A DNA stretch of 64,000 nt, taken from a virus. The position numbers and the translations under genes were made by a program. Of the stretch, positions 57,037 through 64,000 are shown in pieces (within the stretch, counting starts at the first letter, position 1; every line of letters starts with the position of its first letter). The notes under the pieces are model-generated. The model was not told where the DNA came from. It searched no databases and saw only the letters and a program-made list of their open reading frames with translations. Location: IMG/VR virus record IMGVR_UViG_3300017990_000016; one strand, written 5' to 3'.

Positions 57037-58122
57037 ATGAAAGGAAACCAGATGGCTTGGATGTTTGGTGGAGTAATTCTGCTTGCCATCGCTGCTGTTT
57101 TCTCAGTTATGTGGGCCACAGGCCAATTCGCAGTAACTGGTGAAGCAGATGAAGGCGTGACAGGAGCTGTTGTTCTAACAGGTTCTGAAAAGGCAGAGTT
57201 CTGTGCTAACAACCCAAGTTTGGATTTGTCGATGAGAGTTGAAGATGGACTCGCATCAACAAAAAGTTATCTGAACGCTACCGTATACGTTCAGAACCTA
57301 GAAGACATGTCAATTGTAGAGTATGCAATTGATAGTGCAAGTGGAAGTTTTGACACCGAAAGTGATGCCCTAGATTGTTTAAATGAAGAGGGTTATAGGA
57401 TTTGGGTAAAAGCTGATGAAACCGGCGGAGACAATTCCGACGATGTAATTACTCTTTCCCCAGAAGAACTAAGTTCTGACCCTGTTAGGAAAACAATTGT
57501 AGCATCTCAATTCTCTGGATTCAATGTCAAATGTTATGACAATATTGACAGAGCTAAATGTAAAGAAGTCACTACAAACAGTACTGACTACGTTACAGGA
57601 ACAGCAATCCAATTTGGAGACAATACCGGAGATGGCGAATTTGATGGTAGTTCCGCAGATTCTTTGGATGTAACATTTACTATTAGACCTAATGTTACCT
57701 CAAAAGCTTACGGAGAAAAACTATACATCGCAGTTGATTGTGAAGACGAAAGCAATCTAGCCGATTGGGACGAAGAGTTGACAATTGTTGAGTTCGATGG
57801 TGTTGAACTTTCAGATGTTGGTGGTTCAATCAGTAGCAACGAAGCAAGAGCTTTGAATTCTTACGAACATATCTACGCTCTACCAGAATCATTTGGTATT
57901 GATAGTAATGGAAATAAGGATACAGAAGCATCTATCAGAGTTTATCTAGAACCTGAAGCAGATGAAACCTCAAATGACTATGATGTAACTATCAGATTAG
58001 TTGCAAGAGGAGATTCTGAATCAAGTGAAACAGATGAAATCCTTGAAGATGTTGGCTTCGGCGATGACTCAAGTAGAACTGCTTTGTATACAGCACACAC
58101 TGTTGAACTGGTAGTTAACTAA
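57037..58122 (+). CDS. secreted acidic protein encoded by a GC-richer gene (candidate highly expressed structural/surface protein)
   Basis: Signal peptide MKGNQMAWMFGGVILLAIAAVFSVMWATGQ. Codon usage is visibly more GC-rich (GCT/GGC/GTT) than the neighbours. Strong SD. Oligo-T terminator downstream. Confidence 0.75.
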   Translation: MKGNQMAWMFGGVILLAIAAVFSVMWATGQFAVTGEADEGVTGAVVLTGSEKAEFCANNPSLDLSMRVEDGLASTKSYLNATVYVQNLEDMSIVEYAIDSASGSFDTESDALDCLNEEGYRIWVKADETGGDNSDDVITLSPEELSSDPVRKTIVASQFSGFNVKCYDNIDRAKCKEVTTNSTDYVTGTAIQFGDNTGDGEFDGSSADSLDVTFTIRPNVTSKAYGEKLYIAVDCEDESNLADWDEELTIVEFDGVELSDVGGSISSNEARALNSYEHIYALPESFGIDSNGNKDTEASIRVYLEPEADETSNDYDVTIRLVARGDSESSETDEILEDVGFGDDSSRTALYTAHTVELVVN

Positions 58123-58136
58123 GTTGACTAACTAAC

Positions 58137-58166
58137 TTTTTAATTTTTTTATTTTTTTATTTTTTG
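58137..58166 (+). terminator. oligo-T tract terminator
   Basis: ttttttaatttttttatttttttattttttg lies immediately after the stop of the 57037 gene. Confidence 0.4.
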
Positions 58167-58190
58167 CTTTCACAATATTGAGGTTTAGAA

Positions 58191-59021
58191 ATGGCTAAAG
58201 AGGATGAACGATTTAACATAGGTGGCTCTGCTTTTTGGATATTTATCATACTCATTTCCTTAATGGGACTATCATTTCTTGGAATATGGTCTTATCAAAA
58301 TAATTCTATTAAAGGTGCTATAATTTCATTCATATTCTTCGCTATGATTATTTCAGGAATTGTTCTAAGTAAATTTGAAGTATTTAATCTTGGTAGTTGG
58401 GGAGAAAACTCATTATCATTTATGATTGGCTTTCTAATATGGATTGGCGTTGGTAGTATATTTGGAACACAATCTATTCTTTCAGTTTCTGAAAATTCAT
58501 TGTTCTCTGCAATTGCTGGTGAATTGCCTCAGTTGCTTGAATTTCTAATGACTACTTTTGTTATACCTATTTCAGAGGAATTATTCTGGATGGTAGCTAT
58601 TCCATTCTCATTAATATCAATAATGAATTTGATGGCCAAAGAAAAAAGATTAAGTATATTTGGAAGTAGCTGGCTTCAAATTTTCGTCATTGTACTAATA
58701 TCAGGAATTACATTCGCTGCATTTCATGTTGGCAGATTGTTTATCGCTTTTCTAATTGCTGCATTCTTATTTAGGGCTGCTATGGTTGTATTAGTTTATG
58801 GTGATATGAAATTAGATATTTTTAAACCAGTTAGATTAGTAGTTGCATTTGCATTAGGTGCACATATTGCTAATAATCTAAATAACTACGGGCTTGCAAA
58901 TGGATGGATATTATTAACTAGTAATTTTTGGCAAATTGGATGGCTAATATTTGCAATTTTTATAATCATATTCCTTAGTGCTATAAATCAAATATTTACG
59001 CCTTTGGCGGAGAAAGGTTAG
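58191..59021 (+). CDS. CPBP-family intramembrane metalloprotease (CAAX protease-like)
   Basis: Multi-TM protein. Motif 1 ISEELFWM (EExxxR-like). Motif 2 FAAFHVG (FxxxH). Motif 3 GAHIANNL (HxxxN). Confidence 0.65.
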   Translation: MAKEDERFNIGGSAFWIFIILISLMGLSFLGIWSYQNNSIKGAIISFIFFAMIISGIVLSKFEVFNLGSWGENSLSFMIGFLIWIGVGSIFGTQSILSVSENSLFSAIAGELPQLLEFLMTTFVIPISEELFWMVAIPFSLISIMNLMAKEKRLSIFGSSWLQIFVIVLISGITFAAFHVGRLFIAFLIAAFLFRAAMVVLVYGDMKLDIFKPVRLVVAFALGAHIANNLNNYGLANGWILLTSNFWQIGWLIFAIFIIIFLSAINQIFTPLAEKG

Positions 59022-59022
59022 A

Positions 59023-62000
59023 ATGAAGAAATCGTTAATATTCGGACTATTATTTATATTATATATAGTATCGGCATTAGCAAATGAAACTACGACAATA
59101 ACAGAAGCTGGACTTACAATATCTGCAGATAAATACTATTATGGATATGGAGACACAGAAATTTGTTTTAATTTAACTTCTACTACACAAAATAATTTTA
59201 CAGTTGAACTTAACAATTTAGACCACTCATACCTTGATATTGATGAGTACTGCTATTACGAGACTATGGTAACAAACTTCTCAACAACATGTTATGAAAA
59301 TACTACAGATAGTTCTATAATATGTGATATTAATCAAACATATACAGAAATGGAAACAGGTAGTTTTTCTACACCATTCTTTTATGATATACCTTTTGAA
59401 TTTCGAAGCGAACCAGAATTATCATTCTTGAATCAGACAAACGGAACACATACAACAAGTGAGTTAAAATGTAAATTAAAATCATATTTAGATAATAATC
59501 CATTAATTATCAGAGAAGAGAAACCATATAGATTTTGTATACCTATAGTAGGAGAATTAGGTTATGAACAGAAATTCGATATTAATGTTAATTTACAAAA
59601 TGGTACAACAGTTGAATTAGACCCAGCAATCACTTTAGCTGGAGTAACATTAACAAACCTAAATACACAATATTATGCAAGTGGTGGAGGAAATTGTATC
59701 GATGGTTCTAATGACGGTACAAGAAATCATTGGGATTTAGTTGACACTAAAAATGATGTTAATGCTTTAGTTTCCTCAGGAATTACAGTTGGTGGTTCTA
59801 GGTCAGGAAATTCTGGTGGTGCTTGGATATTTATAAGATGGTTTTATACTGATGGTACTCAAACAGATGGAAGTCAAATTCAGTATACCTCAACTTCAAC
59901 TCAATATAAATCACATACTAATCCTAATCCTAGTAAGTATGTTAATAAAACAGAAACTTGGTGTACTGGAAATGAATATTTCTATGCTGCTGGTGCAGCA
60001 CAAACAAGATTTGCAAATGCTACAAGAGGTTATTATAGAACAAATGAATATGTAGCATCATATGATTTTAATGCATTATACTTAGATAGTGATTGTGATT
60101 CTACTGATGATATTCAAGTTGGAACATCATATGGAAGTTATGAAGATGTGTCAGATTTATCAGAATATTCGTTTGGAGAGTTTAGAAATACTTTCTTCAT
60201 TAATCTTCCTGACACTGGAGAATGTACATATCTAACTATGAACGCTACTAATTTAACAGTTCCTAACATTTATTATGAATATCCAGATACAGACCCTTCG
60301 TCTGGTTATGAAGGAACTTCACAAAGATTTCAAGTTGAATTTAATCATCCATTAGATTTAGATATGAATTGTACTTGGAAGATAGATGATTCAATAGTTG
60401 AAACTGAAGATGCAATTGATATTGGCGGTGGAGATTACAAATGTAATTATGATTTTGTTCTTGGTTTTGATGATGCAGGAGAATATAATGTAAGTGTTGA
60501 AGTTGAAGATACAGATAATAATATAGTATTAATAGATTGGAATTTTACAGTTATAGATTATCAAGTTCAAGCTACTCCAGTTTCTCCAGCAGATGATGCT
60601 GATGTTTATATCGGATTAAATAACTTCACTTTCATATTAAACTATACAGCTGATACTCCATTAGATAATTGTAGTATAATGAGGAGTGAGTATTTCTTTG
60701 AACATGAACCACGTTATCAATTTAAAGAAGGTTACATAAATGCTTCAGATGAAAACGATGTAAAAGATATGCTTATTTACGATAATAAAATATATGTCTT
60801 GCACTTCGAAAATGAGATATTGATATATTCTTTATCTGGAGTATTATTAGAAAGACATACTTTAGATACTTCAGAGGGTTATTATTATGCTGAATCATTT
60901 GTAGAGATTGGCGGTTCAATATATGTAATGCAGACAGATGAAGATGGAACTGAAAACGATGGTTCTTTATACACTTCAGATATATCATATGTTACATCAG
61001 TTGGTTCGTTTGGAGATGATGATGCAAGAAAAATTTCAAAAGATGATAACTATTTTTATATATTAAGATGGGATGACAGTAATAATATTTACTGGGTAGA
61101 ACGATTTGACCTTTTAGGAAATCCTTTAGCTGGATTCAATATCACGAGTCACATATTCTTAAATGAGTTTACTGATGATAGAAACATCGAAGACTTCCAT
61201 TGGGATAGTAGTAGAGGTAGATGGTATTTCGGTATTGAAGATACTATTAATCAGCATTATATTGCTGTTCTTGATGAGAATTTTAACTTTACTGGTGAGA
61301 TAATATACACAGGAGAATTCCCATCAGATTTTAAACCTCCAATAAGTATTTGGACAGATGAAGATTATTTATATTTCTTATCATATGGCGGAGATTATGG
61401 AAGACTATATTATAATGAAAGAAATGACCCTGTTATGGTAACAGTTGATGCTGGAAGTTTAATTAATAACTCAGAAAATACAGTTGAAGCTAATCTAGGA
61501 GGAACAGCATTTACTGATGGTTATTGGTATGTGAGATGTTATGATACTTCTGGAAAAGTTCAAACTGGAATGCATGAAGATTATCATGAATATGATAGTA
61601 AAGATACTAAACCATATGTAAGAGCAGCAAATCGGGCAGACCCAGAAAATTACCATGTTAGAATATATGAAGGAAATGATTTACTTTTCTTTGTAATTTT
61701 TGATGATGATGACAGTTCATCTTTTACTGGAAAGGTTTATGTAAACGGAACAGAAAGAACTGAATTGGCACAATCAACAACTGGCTGGGGAGGAATGTTT
61801 ATGAGCTGGTATGGCAATTATACACAAGCTGGAATTTGGAATATAACTTTTGAAAAAATCGATGATGATTTGAATAGTGGTTATCATTCTTGGTTATTAG
61901 AAATTATAGATGAACCACAACCACAAATTCTTGATGATTTGAATATGTGGCAAGAAGGAGAAAAAGTATATTTCAATTGGAATATGACTGACGAAAATAA

Positions 62001-63576
62001 TTCAGACCACTCACATCCTAAGTTTACTCTTAATGGAGTAACAATTAATGCAGCACCGGGATTACTTTGGGAATTAAATGAAAGTTATCCTATAGGAGGC
62101 TATAAGATAATAGAGGTAGGATTGACAGGAGATAGTATTTGGATTACTGATGAAAATTTTAATCTTTCTATATGGGATTATGATATGAATCCTGTATTAG
62201 ATGCAGTTACAGGAGGAGCATTTTATGGTGTTTCACCTTACTATGACCCAAACGGAATGGGACTATTTGATACTGATGAATCGGGTTGGATATTATGTTA
62301 TAATGATTCAGGAAATCTTGGAGTAGCTTTTGCTCAAAGTTCTGATTTAGATATACCTTGGTCTACAACTTTTACTTCAATGGCTCCAGTATATATAAGA
62401 GGAGGCTGTTTCCCTTATGGTGATATAAGATTATTTAATGAATCTCCTGATGATACTATGAGAGATGGTCACCAAGCTAGAGTTTGGTCAGTACATACTA
62501 TGAGTGGAACATGGGATAGTAGTTGGAGGTCTTATCATGCATATCCAGACCAATTAGGTAATACTTGGTGGTATGGTAGAGATTGGGATACTGATGATGG
62601 AGAAGTCAGAGATACTATACAAATATACAATAATATGTATTACTTAGTTCAAGATGGAAATAATGTGGAAATAATGAGACGGTGGGCAATATCAGGAGTA
62701 ATGAGCAGCATTATACTTGATATTGATACTATATTAACACTTCCATCAGGACAAGAAGCTTATGGTATGGATTATAGAAATGGATATTTGTATGTAGTTA
62801 CATCATCTGGAGATGGGGTAAATAATACATTATGGAAATTCAGACATTATATTGATGTAACAGATTACTTTGATTCAAGTGATAGTGGAGGAAATTCTGC
62901 CGAAAATGGAGATAATCTCACATTGGAAGTAATGTCTGATAATAGTATAAGATGGGGAAATACATTATCAACTTCATTGCTATTATCAGGATTGCCAGAA
63001 CCTGAGGAAGAGGAAGAAGAAGACCCTGAAGGTGGAGATGCTTCAACTTGGTATAAAGATTGGCAAGAAGAATTTGGACAAGAAGAAGAGGAACCTGCTG
63101 GAATTGACATAGTAACTGGTGCATTATTTGCAACAGTAGGATTAGGAGAAGAAGGTAAAACTGATATTCAAATTGATTCATTGTCAAAAGAATTCTGGGT
63201 ATTTCCAGGTGATGAAAAGAAAGAAGAAATGACAATATACAATACAGAAAATACTCCAAGAACAATTACGCTAGAAATATTAGATGAAGGAGATGCTTAC
63301 GAATGGTTAAGCTTCAATGGCAATAATAGAAAAGTATTTACAATTCAAGCTTATGATGATTCAACTATAAAATATAATATTGTCGTACCAGAAAAAATAA
63401 AACCAGGAGATTATATGGCATATATTTCAGTTGATGCAGGAGACAATATAGCTACATATGAGATTACAATACATGTAATGAAAGAAGAATTAAAACCAGT
63501 AATAATAATAGGTGGAGTTGCTGGATTATTAGTAATATTAAGTGGAATGTATTTATTGATATTCAAACCAATATAA
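59023..63576 (+). CDS. 1517-aa secreted surface protein with beta-propeller-like repeats, poly-Glu tract, CARDB-like domain and C-terminal TM anchor
   Basis: Signal peptide MKKSLIFGLLFILYIVSALA. Repeated Y-rich blades (IYVLHF, YFYILRW, YLYFLSY). PEPEEEEEEDPE. C-terminal VIIIGGVAGLLVILSGMYLLIFKPI. Confidence 0.85.
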   Translation: MKKSLIFGLLFILYIVSALANETTTITEAGLTISADKYYYGYGDTEICFNLTSTTQNNFTVELNNLDHSYLDIDEYCYYETMVTNFSTTCYENTTDSSIICDINQTYTEMETGSFSTPFFYDIPFEFRSEPELSFLNQTNGTHTTSELKCKLKSYLDNNPLIIREEKPYRFCIPIVGELGYEQKFDINVNLQNGTTVELDPAITLAGVTLTNLNTQYYASGGGNCIDGSNDGTRNHWDLVDTKNDVNALVSSGITVGGSRSGNSGGAWIFIRWFYTDGTQTDGSQIQYTSTSTQYKSHTNPNPSKYVNKTETWCTGNEYFYAAGAAQTRFANATRGYYRTNEYVASYDFNALYLDSDCDSTDDIQVGTSYGSYEDVSDLSEYSFGEFRNTFFINLPDTGECTYLTMNATNLTVPNIYYEYPDTDPSSGYEGTSQRFQVEFNHPLDLDMNCTWKIDDSIVETEDAIDIGGGDYKCNYDFVLGFDDAGEYNVSVEVEDTDNNIVLIDWNFTVIDYQVQATPVSPADDADVYIGLNNFTFILNYTADTPLDNCSIMRSEYFFEHEPRYQFKEGYINASDENDVKDMLIYDNKIYVLHFENEILIYSLSGVLLERHTLDTSEGYYYAESFVEIGGSIYVMQTDEDGTENDGSLYTSDISYVTSVGSFGDDDARKISKDDNYFYILRWDDSNNIYWVERFDLLGNPLAGFNITSHIFLNEFTDDRNIEDFHWDSSRGRWYFGIEDTINQHYIAVLDENFNFTGEIIYTGEFPSDFKPPISIWTDEDYLYFLSYGGDYGRLYYNERNDPVMVTVDAGSLINNSENTVEANLGGTAFTDGYWYVRCYDTSGKVQTGMHEDYHEYDSKDTKPYVRAANRADPENYHVRIYEGNDLLFFVIFDDDDSSSFTGKVYVNGTERTELAQSTTGWGGMFMSWYGNYTQAGIWNITFEKIDDDLNSGYHSWLLEIIDEPQPQILDDLNMWQEGEKVYFNWNMTDENNSDHSHPKFTLNGVTINAAPGLLWELNESYPIGGYKIIEVGLTGDSIWITDENFNLSIWDYDMNPVLDAVTGGAFYGVSPYYDPNGMGLFDTDESGWILCYNDSGNLGVAFAQSSDLDIPWSTTFTSMAPVYIRGGCFPYGDIRLFNESPDDTMRDGHQARVWSVHTMSGTWDSSWRSYHAYPDQLGNTWWYGRDWDTDDGEVRDTIQIYNNMYYLVQDGNNVEIMRRWAISGVMSSIILDIDTILTLPSGQEAYGMDYRNGYLYVVTSSGDGVNNTLWKFRHYIDVTDYFDSSDSGGNSAENGDNLTLEVMSDNSIRWGNTLSTSLLLSGLPEPEEEEEEDPEGGDASTWYKDWQEEFGQEEEEPAGIDIVTGALFATVGLGEEGKTDIQIDSLSKEFWVFPGDEKKEEMTIYNTENTPRTITLEILDEGDAYEWLSFNGNNRKVFTIQAYDDSTIKYNIVVPEKIKPGDYMAYISVDAGDNIATYEITIHVMKEELKPVIIIGGVAGLLVILSGMYLLIFKPI

Positions 63577-63577
63577 A

Positions 63578-64000
63578 ATGGTAAAAAAAACAAACACAAT
63601 ATTATTAATTGTAATTGGAGCTGTTGTTATAGCTTCGCTTATATTTGGTGGTATATTTTCTGTGCTTGAAGGAAGGGCAGAAAGAAGAGGTATTGTATTT
63701 AGACATTTCAACAGATTCTATTCTGGAGCTCTAGGAACATTAGATGTTCATACTGGAAATGTTGCCAGTTTCCACTGTTATACTATAAGTATATCAAATA
63801 CTCAAAGTAATTGTGATTCTATATATACCATTACTAAAGATGGTGAAGAATTATATCGTTCACCATTCTTAGAAGGCAGCAAACAAATTGAGTATGATGA
63901 TGCTTATATAATATTAGGACAGATGAGAATAACTAATGGAGGATGTAAGATTATTTCAAATGAATATAGAGTTAGAATACCTCAAGATAATTTCCAAGTA
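63578..64000 (+). CDS. 5' part of a gene for an N-terminally anchored protein (runs off window)
   Basis: ATG at 63578. MVKKTNTILLIVIGAVVIASLIFGG hydrophobic helix. No stop before the window end. Confidence 0.5.
   Translation, partial: MVKKTNTILLIVIGAVVIASLIFGGIFSVLEGRAERRGIVFRHFNRFYSGALGTLDVHTGNVASFHCYTISISNTQSNCDSIYTITKDGEELYRSPFLEGSKQIEYDDAYIILGQMRITNGGCKIISNEYRVRIPQDNFQV

Noticed and set aside
57037-58122. Archaellin/type-IV-pilin class III signal in the GC-rich gene product
   Set aside because: The residue after the putative KG cleavage site (N) does not fit the prepilin peptidase motif. More consistent with a standard Sec signal.

Overview
This window is AT-rich (about 28-30% GC by eye) and densely packed with genes. 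They use prokaryotic-style translation signals: GGAGG-type Shine-Dalgarno boxes sit 5-9 nt before many starts, and stop/start codons repeatedly overlap as ATGA, which suggests translational coupling. The gene content looks like a large integrative mobile element or provirus, probably archaeal or archaeal-virus-like. Evidence for that includes an archaeo-eukaryotic primase next to a family-B polymerase, ERCC4-type and Hjc-like nucleases, a C2H2 zinc finger, many tiny Zn-ribbon, ribbon-helix-helix and winged-helix proteins, and oligo-T terminators. A bacterial origin cannot be excluded, because two proteins carry lipobox-like signals.

The window is organised in strand blocks:
- 1-6968: minus-strand block of small Zn-finger, Zn-ribbon and membrane genes, plus an SPFH protein.
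- 6970-7397: repeat-rich divergent intergenic hub.
- 7398-11478: plus-strand block of small 'early-type' genes, including a gamma-glutamyl cyclotransferase-like protein, an RHH protein and a wHTH regulator.
- 11462-36449: long minus-strand block. It holds a 2328-aa repeat-containing secreted giant protein, a secreted DNase-I-like (EEP) lipoprotein, an operon of about 11 small membrane proteins and a transglutaminase-like protease. It also holds a replication module (ERCC4 nuclease, Hjc-like nuclease, AEP primase, PolB with all exo and pol motifs) and a nucleotide-metabolism module (dNMP kinase, family-4-like UDG, divergent ThyX-like protein, YfbR-like HD 5'-deoxynucleotidase, nucleoside 2-deoxyribosyltransferase). 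The block ends with a RecA-like ATPase, a putative acidic-tailed ssDNA-binding protein, and a wHTH protein next to a second AT-rich palindromic intergenic region at 36450-36956.
- 36957-64000: plus-strand block. It holds several secreted, C-terminally anchored surface proteins (CARDB-like domains, a Cys-rich tandem-repeat protein), an FtsK/HerA-like ATPase, and a GATase-II + WGR-domain + GCS2-type amidoligase trio. It also holds a wHTH-HExxH peptidase, a tyrosine integrase, an HNH nuclease, a GC-richer secreted-protein gene (likely highly expressed) with a structured leader and oligo-T terminator, a CPBP intramembrane protease and a 1517-aa beta-propeller-like surface protein.

No rRNA, convincing tRNA or CRISPR array was found. 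No recognisable capsid or terminase gene is present.

The most interesting candidates are:
- the amidoligase/GATase/WGR (+GGCT) module;
- the nucleotide base-swap/ThyX-like module, which may together specify a DNA or nucleotide modification pathway;
- the two candidate origins;
- the unusual giant repeat proteins.
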